From positions 129,897-193,896 of the forward strand of contig MNCI01002702.1 in assembly GCA_015680685.1 (NCBI GenBank): a stretch of DNA of 64,000 bases. The letters run 5' to 3'. Below the pieces are notes generated by a model. It was not told the DNA's origin, made no database searches, and saw only the letters and a list, made by a program, of their open reading frames with translations. The translations under genes and the position numbers were made by a program. Of the stretch, positions 22,545 through 35,305 are shown piece after piece. Positions within the stretch are counted from its first letter, which is position 1, and every line of letters begins with the position of its first letter. Source of the DNA: Gnetum montanum. Its lineage: Eukaryota; Plantae; Gnetophyta.

Positions 22545-24770
22545 GGACGATTTGCATAGATTTTTAGCTGTTGAATATGGCAGTGTTTCATAATAATTTT
22601 CCACTATGATTTGTGGACCAAATGTTAGATACCATTGTGGGGTATAGTGGCTACAATCAAATCTAAATAGCCTTGGAATACCAAGCCAAAACAACATTCA
22701 TAAGTCCTTTGAGGACTTTTGCATATAAAAAGATCTCTTTTAATCTTTGTAATGTGCCCACAAGCTTCCAATGCCTTGTCCTCGGCATCTTCCAATAGAA
22801 AATTGGCAATGGTGTGGAAGTCTTCATGAAGAAAGGGGAGATTCTAAAAAGATACATAGAAGCCAATCTAAAGTTCAACTGGCAGATGAGCCACTTAATG
22901 GTCCAAGAAGACAGTTTTGAATCATCAGATATCAAAAAAAGGGATAGAGGTAGATCTTGAGAAAATCAAAGTGATCCAAAGAATTACTTAAAGGCTACAA
23001 ATTGTTAAAGATGTCAAATCATTCCTTGGACACACAAGCTGCTATAGGAGGTTTATAGAGAACTTTTCAAAAATCACAAAACCACTAGTGGAGCTAACAA
23101 AGAAAGATGCACCGTTTGAGTAGACCAAGGAATGCAAGCACACATATTAACTTTTGAAGCAAAAACTTCTAGAAACTCCAATTCTACAAGCACTTGACCA
23201 ATCCAAACCATTCCACATCATGATGAATGCATCCAATTTTGCTTTAGGAGCAATGCTTACACAATTGGATGATCAAAAACATCCATACTACTTCCACTGT
23301 GAAAGCAAGAGTATTACAAGCGCATAGTTGAACTAGACGACAACAAAGAAGGAGCAAATGGTCATGTTATACACCTTAAAAATTTTTAAGCACTATGTGC
23401 TTGAATACACAATCTTTGTACACACTAATCACAATGCAATTACTTCCTCATGAACAAACCAACAATTAGCCCTCATATTATATAATGGATAGTGATTTTG
23501 CAAAAGTTTGACATTATGATGACAAATAGGAAAGGAACCGAAAATGTAGTAACCAATCATCTATCTTGGTTACAATGGGGCAATAAGGATGATAAAGAGC
23601 CACTTTCCAATCAATTTCTTAATGAATTACTCTTTGTAAAGACAACAATGGTAGCAACTAATGTAGCCAAACCATGGTATGTAGATTTCCTCTCATATCT
23701 AATCACACAAGAGATCCCTACTAAATGGGATAGGAAGAAAAAGCAACAACTCCTCCACAAAGTTGAGCATTATATGGAACTAAAGGGCAACTTCTATAAA
23801 ATCTACATAGATGAATTGGTGCAATGGTGTGGATTTGATGATGATGAACTCAAGATTTTCCAAGACACTCATGAAGGGCTTTGCAGAGGCCACTATCAAG
23901 GCACAAGAATAGCCATTAAAATCCTCATGGCAGGATACTTTTGGCCCATGATCTTCAAGGATGCATATCTCTTCGCCAAATCTTGTGATAGATTTCAACA
24001 CGATGGTGGGATGATTGCCAAGCTAGGAGGTCCACAACAATGAATCTATGGGGAATTGGTTTCATGGGTCCCATCACACCCATGTCGAATGGGAAATCCT
24101 ACATCATTATTGTGGTAGATTATTGTATTCGATAGGTAGAGGCCATAGTCATAACAAACCGATTGAACGGCAACAACAATAGCCATATTTTTTCAACAAT
24201 AGGTAGTAAATAGGTTTGGTGTACCTAGAGCACTCATTTCTAACAATGGAACTCATCTTATAGATGGTACTTTTAAAAAGCTGATGAGACACTTGGGGGT
24301 TCAACATAAACTTACTACACCTTATCATGCCCAAGCCAATAGTCAAGCCAAGGTAATAAATAGGGAGATCATACACATCCTTACTAGGACAATGAACCAA
24401 TATAGAAGATGCAAAGTACAAAACTCAACAATGCTTTATGAGCCTACTGCTCCACTTGGAAATTCCCTATAGGCTACTCTGTTTATGAATTAGTGTACAA
24501 AAAGCTACCAAAACTTCCCATCCAAACAGAGTTACCCACACTCAACATAGCATGTGAGCTTGACCTCAACATCAATCTAGCACAAAAAGAACAACTCATG
24601 GACCTCAACATGCTAGATGAAAACAAAAGAGTAGCCCTAATGATGAATGAAGTGCATAAAGCTTATACCAAACAGCAACATGATGCTAAGATCCAACAAG
24701 TGGAATTTCAACCAGAAGTTCCAGAAGACAAGGTCCTTTACTACAACCCCACACATGTACCTCAATAGAC
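22545..24770 (+). pseudogene. A1 RT (remainder), RNase H and integrase, degenerate
   Basis: [67 protein letters not shown]...GYFWP...CDRFQ, TTPYHAQANSQAKVINREI. Confidence 0.88.
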
Positions 24771-24833
24771 AAAATTCCAAAAGCACAATCATTAATTAAT
24801 TACTTCACAAGAAAAGTATTCATGGGGTACCAT

Positions 24834-25024
24834 TGGAAAGACATGTTACCCATGCCTAAAGGTAAGCTAATGCCAAGAATCTCAAGGTCTGTTGGACAAA
24901 TTTCATCATATAACTGGAAAGATATGTTAACCATGCCTAAAGGTAAGCTAATTCCAAGAATCTCAAGTTCTCTTGGACTAATTTCATCATATAACTGTAA
25001 AGATATGTTAACCATGCCTAAAGG
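24834..25024 (+). repeat. 81-bp tandem repeat (about 2.4 copies) downstream of A1 integrase
   Basis: tggaaaga(c/t)atgtta(c/a)ccatgcctaaaggt starts at 24834, 24915 and 24996. Confidence 0.85.
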
Positions 25025-26309
25025 TTCACCATTGATAGAAAGACATAAATCCATGCTTGAAGGCACCCCTCTAACCAATACCCAAGAATCCTCAAACTTG
25101 ATGTTTAAGTAATTAATGAAATTGAAATTTTTACTTACATCAACTAAGACCTCTTGGGTTTATCAAACCAATCTCAGAATTCTTTTTATGGATTTTTTTT
25201 TTAAATTTATATCTCAATGCTACCTAGTAAAATTGAACCTTTGACCTAGGCTTACCTAGGATCACGCAATGCCATGTCATTTGGACAAATAGGTATGATG
25301 GCCATCTTAACCATCCTTAACACAAAAACCTATTGCAAATATAGTAAAGTACCTCACGTACCAAACTTTGCAATCCCTTCTTATTCCATTATTCACCTTA
25401 CTACAGCATTCAATTATGTGCCGATTTTGTTTAGTAAAATGCAAGATCCTTGATAGCAATAGTTGTGTGAGTGTGGCACATTGACTTAATTGACATTCAA
25501 TCTCCAATGTGCCTACAAACACCTTGTGAGATGGTTATACAAGGGCATTATCGGTAGGAGCCTACCTTGGGGAGGACCCACTTGTATAACTTTTGGAAAT
25601 CTCATCTATACACCACCTCCACATGCCCAAATCATCAAAGAGCAACTCCAACATTCAAATGCATTGTTATTTTTTACTCATCTTATTGAGAACCTCTCAT
25701 TTCATAACTCCAATTCATACTACCTATGCTTCACCAACTTCATGATGTCCCAATCATGTTCACCCACATTGTCCTCATCATTACACCCTTCCTATCCCTC
25801 TCATTTAACCCCTAGTTTGCTCCAACATTCGCCAAAAATACATCAAAACTCAAAGGAAAATTATTGACTTTGGCAACATCAATGCATCAACATCGATGCA
25901 ACCGTCAAAACCAATATAAGTGTAGCGGGTCTTAGGAAAATTTTGTCATTTTGCTCAAACAAAGAAGAGAGTTTTTGCCATTCTAAAAGCCCAAAGCTTC
26001 CATAAGCGATATTTTGTAAACTGTAAACCCATTTAAGCCCATTCAAAAACTTGTGTGCTCTTGTAGTCAAGCTCTATGTCATGGGGGCAATAAAACCACG
26101 ATTTCCAACACTTCAAACAACCCCTATTTTTTAATGCTTAAGTTAGTTAACAATAAATAATAATTGAATATCAATAATTTAATGAAAAAGCGACCTTAGG
26201 ACCTCAAGAACAATAGACTGTGAGCACTTAGAAGCATTGCTATCAAATTTTTCATCCATCCAAGGATGATTAAGGTTCATAATGCCAAAAGAGTAGTGAT
26301 TAAAGCCTA

Positions 26310-28400
26310 ATGACTGATCATCCATGTGATTGTAGATGGCACCTAAGAGAGGTCCACAAGCAAGAGGATCATCCCAAGGAAGGAGGAAACACCCAAGAGG
26401 AGGATGAGGACAAGGACAAGAGTAGCCACAACATGAGCCTAAGGCCACGCACGCAACTAGAGCCCTCAAAGAAGAGCCTGAGGTGGAATCTATTTGCCAA
26501 ATTCCCATTGCAAAAACTAGACAGTCTAGGCAAGATGAAGTGCCTAGACCTAGATCAAGATTGGAGATCACCCTCATAGAAGCTTGCCTAGAAAAGATAA
26601 AGACTAAGAATATTCAAAGCACTATCTTGTAGGAGCATAACTTTGGGCCCTTCCTAGTGTTTGCTTCACAAGAGGTCCAAAGAAGCTACAAGCATTACCG
26701 CTTTGGCCCATCATTTCCACCAATGGAGAATGGTACCTTGACAAAACTTGCCTCTTCTAGAACAATCACCAAGGGGACACCACAATGAAGATCAAGGACA
26801 TTACCATTTTCCTACTTGATGGAGACCATTGTAGAGGCCTCAAGGCTTCCAAACATGGGACCAAAGCTAGCAAAGGTATCCATGCAATACAATGCTAAGA
26901 GTAAAAAGGAGTGGACCTAGAGGTATTACAATATTAATAACAAAGAGTACAGTGCACTCACTCACCTAGGCAAAGGGGATCTACTTCAAGATAGCAGTGT
27001 ACCACTTAAATCCAATAGTGCACCCAAGCTAGATCATGATGTTCTTCACCAAGGCATGTGTTGCACTCAATGGAAAATTCCCAATCAACCGACCCCAATT
27101 AATCTTTCTGGAGATCAAAAAGCAGTTCAAGCAAAATGAAAAAGGTAGGAAGACACTCCCCTTCCTAGGATTAATTAGAAAACTTTATCTAAAGCAAGAG
27201 ATACCATGCTACTTAAACGATGTACTTCGAAGGGCCACTATAACATCATGGCAATAAATGATGAAGGAGAAGTCACGTCTGCGGCTTCAAAAAGAAGAAG
27301 AGCATCACCTCCACTAGCCAAGGACACCACTCATGAAAAATAAAGATTAAGACAACTGAAGGAGCAGCAAGAAACACCTAGCAATGAGCCAACAAACTAT
27401 CAACCTACTATGAGCCACTTAAATGAGGTCACCAAAACTATCAATTGAGAGCATAACGAGTTGTCTAACTTGTTCTCAACATACAGAAGCCATGCCACTA
27501 TCCGAGTCAATTCCACTAATGGAGGAACAACTTGAAAACTACCTGAAAACTACCTTAAGCACCAGCAGGAACACTTGGCAAAAGTATAAAGACTTGCAGC
27601 AAAGAATAGAAATCTCTCGATGGAGGAGGTGTGTGCAATAAGGCAACATTTGGCCATTGAAATTGCTACCTAGAAAAATGAGTCTCTAAAATACTAGAAA
27701 GTTAAAAATCATTATAAGAAACAAGTTGGCTTGCAAAAGGAAATCTAATTAGCCAAAGCCAAGATGAATGAAGCCCTCCAGCAACTCCAAGACAAGGCAT
27801 GATAGCTCATCTTTGATGGACTAAATGCTTATAATAAAGCTGAAATTCGAATGAATGAGCTACAAATCAAGAACATGAAAGAGTACATGGAGCTAGCCAA
27901 TCTCCGCTATGCCAGCCTTGTGATACACATTGTTGAAAGGCCAAAGTCTAAGTTAGAGAAACAGTGGCCAGCTTGTACTTATTCTACTAAAACAAGTTTA
28001 AGCTCCATAAGGAAGAAAAATAGAAATTGGAAATAGGCAATGCAAAGCTTGAGATTCTCAAAACAAAATTTGAAGATCAATGAACAATCACAAACAACTT
28101 GGCCAAACGAATGAGCAACTACCATGAGTCCAAGAACACCATGAAAGTATTTGACATCGAACATAAACAATTTGATGCCTAGTTCATCAATGCTCATGAA
28201 ATATTCCCTACTTTACTTTGTCCATGAGATGTACCAACAACTATAACTCCAGGCGAAGTAGCTTGGACAATCAATGATCCTAGGACAAAGGAGGAAAAGA
28301 TGAGAGCCCTCATCAATGCATTCTAGTTGAAGGCAGCAGCTAGGCAACCATAGCCTGCACAAGCATGAGGAGCCATCACCACCTGGCACCACTTGAGACA
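26310..28400 (+). pseudogene. A1 Athila env-like 3' ORF (LPFxxLI domain plus coiled coil), degenerate
   Basis: LIFLEIKKQFKQNEKGRKTLPFLGLIRKLY, homologous to LIFLEIQRQFKEKKVVKLTLPFPCLIRKLC near 62540; lies between pol and the 3' LTR. Confidence 0.65.
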
Positions 28401-28648
28401 TATGCCTTGGTCCATTTTTGTACATGTCCATTTTTGTAATGTGTTTACATTTTCTCAAGTCAAATTGTAAAATACTCAAATAACTTTTGTAATGTAGCAC
28501 TTGAGTCAATCAGTTAGTCCTATTACTCCCACAATTTTGTAAACTCAATCCTAATTTTGTTAACTCAAGGATGAGTTTTCAATTAGTTGTAGGACTATGA
28601 TGAAAGTTGATTTAGTCAAGGATGAGTTTTCAATTAGTTGTAGGACTA

Positions 28649-29507
28649 TGATGAAAGTTGATTTAGTCAATCACATCGATGCATCAACGTTGACATATGC
28701 CTTAGTTTGTCAACACATTAGCATTGACACAAAGCCAATAAATACCTAAGTGTACCTTCCCGCCATATTTATAGCACCATTCAATCATACTCTTAGCTAC
28801 ACTCTATCAATTTGTTTCAGTAGAAGTTAGTAATAGTCAATAAGTGCTTGCACCATGAACCAAATAGATTGAATGTAATTTTATTCGAATGAGCATTTAC
28901 TTGAATACATTTTTATGGTGGCAATAAAATCAAGATCCATTTTCTTTATTGCAACACTTGGCTTAGCACTTCAATTTACTTTCTTGCAATTTACTTTAAT
29001 GATTATTTAAAGTCATGAACTTAGTTAGTTAATCTACTTTTATTGCACCTAGCTAATTCTCATGAATACAACCAACTTTGAGCATAAACACATTAGCGTT
29101 TGGTAGTCACAACAGTGGACACTTGGTATACCCAGCAATGAACACTTGGTAACCCAACAACACTAATGCATGTTTAAGATGTGTACAAGAAGTTGGGACT
29201 AAATACTCCATACCTAGGCTACACTAGATTTATTCTTCTTAAACTTAGATTCGTTAGTTAGAAATTTAATATTATAATTTTTTAAATATGTTAATAAATC
29301 AATAATATTTCAATCATATGCCTCAATCACACTTAACCATATGACTTAAGACCCACACAAGTGTGATTAAGAAGACAAAGACCAATGACCTAACACTCAA
29401 CTATCTAAGTCATCTAAACTAATCTCAATCCACAAAATTTGACCAAACTGTGCATGAACAATTGTGATCTGTATGGTTGGGTGTAGGGTCTACTCTACCA
29501 CTCATCA
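28649..29507 (+). repeat. A1 3' LTR
   Basis: TGATG...CATCA, colinear with 6908-7717. Confidence 0.88.
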
Positions 29508-31907
29508 TCATTTGACATTATGGGTAATAAAATGTAAAAGGAAACAAAAAAGAACATTATTAAGAGGGGGAAATGGAAATAAATGAGTATATCCGAGTCA
29601 TGCTCCGAAGGTTCCTTTCTTTGGTAATCCAACACTACTACCATGGTAGGCCTATACCTAGCCAAAACAGATGGCCAATCACCTTCCTATCCCACTTCAC
29701 CTAGCACCTATTACATGCTTTTACCGACTCTGCAACTTCATGGTAGTGTAACCTATAATCATTGGATATATATACCTTAAGTCAAACCCACAAAGATCAC
29801 CTCAAAAAACATATCCATTATTACAACGTACCCTTTAAAGTCTTATTACAATAATTACATCATTTGATATAAAGTGAAACCATTATGATTACAAAATGGC
29901 ACCATTTAAGAATGGTGATATGACAAACTACCCCTGGCCTCACTTTAACTTTTGTTCATCCTTGAGCGAACTTGCATTACGGTTCTTTCTTCAGTCTCCA
30001 ATGCTCCCTCCATGTGTTAGTGCTCCAATGCTTACATTTCTCATTTAGAAATGAGAGTTGAATATTTAAAATTCTCCTGCTTATTCTACAAATGAAATAT
30101 AAGTGAGAAATATTCATGAAAAATAGATCTTATTATGACAACAATTCACCTCAATCTCTAGGTAATACAAGAGGTGAATTATAGGTCTGCCAACCACCAA
30201 TCACCAATCCTAACCAAAGTATACTATGTGCATCTTGTATCTCTAGTTACCCAAGAAAATATACTTGTCTAATTTAGAAATGTAAATTAGATAAATAAAG
30301 AAGAATAAAAAATGAGGAATAGAAGCAAAGTTATGAAATCCCCTAATATTCATCAACCTCCAGGATGACAAGTGTATTTGTAGTTCTTTTATATCGTCAA
30401 ATGAGCTTGTTCTAGATGGTAGTGCTTCATCTTGCTCATCAACTTCTTCCTTAGGAATTAACTCCAGTAGCTTGGTAACTTGGAAGAATCATGTATCATA
30501 CCAAATGTAATTTGGGGTCTCGACGAAGAAAGATGTTAACTTGTCTTCAGTAATCATGGCAGCATAATTAGTGAAATGCGGTTCTTGATGAACACTATCC
30601 ATTAGCATCTTCTATTCTTGAATCCCAGGATTCCACCTATCTATTGAGGATTCGAAGTAAGCGGAGTATGCACTGCCCAAAGGGACCCTACGATGGATTG
30701 AGGGAAATTTCTTCTTCAAATTCGGCTCCTCTTCCAAAGAGTCTTTCACACTTCTGTATTTTAAAAATTGATGAATAAAAATTTCAATTTTCACATTAAC
30801 ATCTCCAAAAAAGATGAATGATACTAGATCAAGACTAGTATAGGTTAGGAATAGCTTGTACTTCAAGCGTTCATTGATTTGATTAACCAAATAAAAATAC
30901 TTGACAAAGTCTATCATCTAGGCATGTTAGGTCAACGATCAAATGTGTGTTGACCACGTGAACACACCTTCCTAATAACTGCATTTTAAGTAACAATGTT
31001 AACGCTATGTGGCTTCTCTAGAATTTTGATCATTCATTCTTCCCCATAACTTGAATTTTTGTAATTTCGGCTTTCTAATCTTCTTTCAAACCTTTATATT
31101 AACTTGATCTTGGCTTCTTTTTAGAAGATCGTGCAACCATCCATGTTGTGATTCAAGCAATAGGCTAGTCTATGTGGGCTTGAAAAAAGAATCATCATAA
31201 GAACCTTTTTTCTTGTAGACATTTTCGTATCCCAACCTTCTTAGATCATATTTAAATTGGTATAGAAATCCAATAGCAAAACTTCACATTTAAATCATGT
31301 AACTCTACAAGGATACATGTACCTTAAAAATACACTATGTTGCAACCTTCATATATATTCTTAAATTCTATCCTGACTCATTATCTCTCACATATATCAT
31401 ACACCTTGTTGAGACAAGGTTATGATTCTCCATGATGATTTATCTCTATTAAATGTTATGGTTTTCTGTTAGGTTGATTTAAGTCTTCCTTGCATTGTTG
31501 GTTTACAAACTAATTCTTTAATTACTTGATTCTTTAGGTAAGTAGCGATTTGGCTTCATTCCCTAGGCTTTTAATGACCTATCTAACCCCCTTAAGACAT
31601 TCACTCCAGCAATGTAACTAATGGCCAACTAGGGTTCATAAACCTAGGGTCAGTTGTAGGGGTTAGAGGCCTATGTCTAGCTATAAGTATAACTTAATTG
31701 CCTAATTCTAAGGCCTAAAATGACTAAAAAGGGTTAAATTGTTAATCATAACCTTTAAATTGTTAGACATGGTTGGTCGATTTAGGTTATAGCCTACTAA
31801 AGCATGATTTAAATTGTCACCTAATTATCAGCTTCCCAAACGACCAATCTAACCTCACCATTGGATTCAAAAGGCTAACAAATTTTAAAAATGACTATTT
31901 ATATATT
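29508..31907 (-). mobile_element. Family-B LTR element copy 2 (5'-truncated): CCR4-like ORF, PPT, 3' LTR (29925 to 29508, continuing at 6907-6879)
   Basis: Minus strand reads aagtgaggccaggggtagtt|TGTCATATCACCATTCTTAAATGGTGCC, homologous to TGTAATGTCCCCATTCCCAAATGGTGC at 17324; ORF flanks are also homologous. Confidence 0.8.
30343..31433 (-). pseudogene. Second intronless CCR4a/b-like deadenylase ORF, disrupted
   Basis: MENHNLVSTR..MKVAT, NMDGCTIF, VVNTHLI, FIFFGDVN, HQFLKYRSVKDSLEEEPNLKKKFPSIHRRVPLGSAYSAYFESSID, HQEPHFTNY, LLELIP, ALPSRTS. Confidence 0.88.
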
Positions 31908-34900
31908 AACAACAAACATCAAATGCCCACTACCATTAACTTGTAGTTGTTGGTAGTGTCTTCCATTTGTGTATTTATGGCCCTAGTTACATTCTTTTGT
32001 TGAGGTTGTGTTGGCAATTCTCCTTGCATTGATGGCAGTGGAACTAGAGGAAGTGGATTAGGAGGTTGTTGAGGACGTTGTCTTGTGAGGTGAGGCATGT
32101 CAAATGGTGATTCTGCATGTGGAGTTATAAGTCAGTGATATTCAACAAGATAGTAGTGACAAGAAGTATGGACAAAGGTATTGCCAAAATAAATAGGTTG
32201 TTGCACATAGTAGCCATATGGATTGGGTTGTCTATGGGGATATTATTGTCTCAATGGTGGTATCCCCCACAACTATGAGTTTTACCATTGCTGATTGTAT
32301 TGTTCCTGAGATTGAGGATAAGCCCCACTAGGATAGGATGGTTGTTGTTGATAGAGTTGTCTACAGTTGCCTTGTAGGTAAGGCAACCTCTTAAGCATTT
32401 GCTTTTTGATGTTTATGCCCCTAATTCTTATAGGTGATTCATTATGGGACAACATCCTTTAGGATGTTCATATTGGCATAGGTCACACCCATCTTCACCT
32501 TCCAAACTGGAATCAACAACCTCTTGCACAGAAATAGCTTTCCCTTTCCCTTTATACTTCTACATATCACATTTTGTTTCCTTGTTTTATCTTTTTATTC
32601 TTTTCTTTGGTGAGGGCTTTCTATGTGTTCTCTACTATCTTTAGTGTTGTTGCAAACTTCTCATCTACAAAATCCTACATCTTTTTGACCTTTGTTGCAG
32701 TGTCAAATACAAATATTTGAATTGGTAAGGTCTTTCTTTGAATCAATTCTTTCATGGATTCTTGTTATTGTGTCTCACAAACTCAAACATCTATTTTGCA
32801 CAGAGATGGATCCCTATTATACTCCTCTGCAAATTTTGTCTCTGTTAACTACTTAATCAATTAACCTCTATATACGATGGGCTCACATTTTAGACAACCA
32901 CCCCTAGACATACACCCCAAGGGTCTCTCTTGTTTTATTTCTTCACCTTCATTTATGAGCCTAAATTGTTCCTTCTAAGAAAAGCCATGCCCTGGAATCT
33001 ATGCAAGAGTGAATAATATGTACTCATGGCTACATCAAGCGACTCATGGCTCCCTTGTTTCCATCCTTTGATTTGTTTTCTTAGATTTGACAATCTCAAA
33101 TAAGTCTGGTACTTGTCACTAAAAAGTTCTAGCATTGTGCTCCATCAGCAAATAAAATCTACTTCTAGAGATCAATACCAACTTTTTGCTTCTTTAATCA
33201 ATGTCCTTGAGAACAATTTAAGTTTTTCCCAATGATTCTCAATATTTTGTAGCACACAAGCATTATAGAAGGCTTGTAGATACTGTTGTGGATCAGCATT
33301 ATAACATCCCTCAAACTTTAAAATGTTGTTCATGTCAAGTCGCTTGATGCAACTATTCCTTTGGTGCCTTGTCAAAATGTAGACAGCCTCTGATATTTAT
33401 CATGCTTCTAGTAGCTAGTAAGGGTTCATCATGATCTTCGGGTTCATCACAATATTTGTTGTTGTGGTGATAGCCTCTTAGATGTTTATCTTCATTCCTT
33501 CTCCTATGCCTTCTCTCTCTCGCTCTCTCCCTCTCTATCTTCCTCTTAATCTTTATCATGATTTCTATCTCTTCTATGACATCTATCTTGATCTCTTCTT
33601 CTATCTCGATCAAGCATTCTGTCCTAATCCATTTGTGGAGTTTTTCTCCATGTCTATGTTTGTCTTCGTTAGAGTCTATCAATGAGGGTTACAAAGAGGA
33701 TGGAGGACTTGGAGAATGATTGGATTGCTCTCCTTCTACACTCCCTTGATTCTTCCTTTCTAGATCTATTGGAGGCCCTAGGCCTTTGGTTCCTCCTTGC
33801 TTTGGGATTTCTCCCATCCTTCCGAGAGTTTCTGCTAACACTAAACACAATCTCTGTTGCATAGGATCTTCATTGTACAAAACAAGTGGTCAGGAAGTAG
33901 ATGGATGATGGTGAGACTTTTTAGACTGATATTCCACATCTCCCTTTTCTAATGGTAGTATCACCTGAGACACTACATTTACCCTTCTCTTATTCATACT
34001 TAACTTCCATGATAGTGTATGTTCTGGCTTGGGCTTTAGTCATGTTCTTTGTGACTTGATAGCCTCCATGTGTGTAACCAAGACCACTAGAGCATCTTGA
34101 AGCATAGATGGAGATAATCAGTTTGGTGGTAATAGAATGTTACCCTGTAAATCTCTATCAGAACGATTCATTTTGATTAAAAATAGAAGTGAAATCTAGA
34201 TAATATGGATTAGTATGAGCATAGGAAATCCTTGGTTGTATTGGCCCATTCTAATTTTCCTCAGGATAGATTATATCGTTACTCTCATTACTATCACTTG
34301 CAGGTGGAGAATTCGCTTTGTGTGTCAAAGCCTAAGTGTGTGTTTGAAAATAGTATATCTTTTACCAGGTATATTTTGAAATGCTGAGACAATGAACTTG
34401 TATAATATCAACTAAAATATTGACACCATCCCCGACAATGGCATCAATGATAAATGGTCGTCCAATCATATAAGTCATAGAAGCATACACATGCGACCAT
34501 ATCGTAATCTGTAAATGAGACAATATGAACTTTAGATAGTTAATACAAGAGTTGATTGTTGTTTTCTTACTGGAGTTAGTGGCAATCAAAGTAATGATGG
34601 TTTAACTTGCAGTAAAGTATAAGATGTGATGATGTTTGGCTCTTACATAATAAGAATAGAACACTGTAAGATGAATATTGATTTTAATTGACTAGAAGAC
34701 AATGGAAAGTAAATCTAGTCTAGCCTAATGGTGATAAGCATTTGTTCCTAATCTTCCATTCACGTCCTAGGCTCATACAACTATTACTAGGATTACCAAG
34801 TAAATTTTTACTAGGTGAACCAAATGATATTACCACTGGGTTACCAAATAACTATGCTTAACACTCAAGATTAATGTTAGTCTGCCAAATGCTAATAGAC

Positions 34901-35305
34901 ATCAGAAATGTAAACAACATGAAAATGGAAATGACCATTAAAATGTAAATGACAAGTAAAATGTATATGAAAAATAAATCTCTAATATGTGAGATGTTGC
35001 AATGCTTATAAACAATCTCAATGTTTATTGTTGTCCATGAAGCATATCCAGGTATACTTCACTCGAATAAAAATGCCGTACAACCACTTAAGATCACACC
35101 ACAGGCACTCACAACTAACTATAACTTTGAGAAAACAAACTAAATGACTTTTAGTAAGAGTAGACCAAAAGTTGTCATTTTGTGAGACAAGTAACTAGTA
35201 GTTATAGACATGACCGGCCTAGATACATCATATAAACAGCATTGTAGGCATAGCTATGATATATCATAGATGTGATATCGTTTACAATTAATAAAAAGTT
35301 CATCA
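31908..35305 (-). mobile_element. Athila-like element A2: 5' LTR (35305 to 34448), PBS and gag; 3'-truncated and fused to B copy 2
   Basis: LTR TGATG...TATCA; PBS ttgatgccattgtcgggga; gag NILKFEGCYNADPQQYLQAFYNAC...KLKLFSRTLIKEAKSWY. Confidence 0.82.

Larger units (their letters stand above)
6908..29507 (+). mobile_element. Athila-like Ty3/gypsy LTR retrotransposon A1 (near full length, degenerate): LTR-PBS-gag-PR-RT-RH-INT-env-like-LTR
   Basis: Homologous LTRs at 6908-7717 and 28649-29507, both ending CATCA; Athila-type PBS; domain order as listed separately. Confidence 0.88.
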
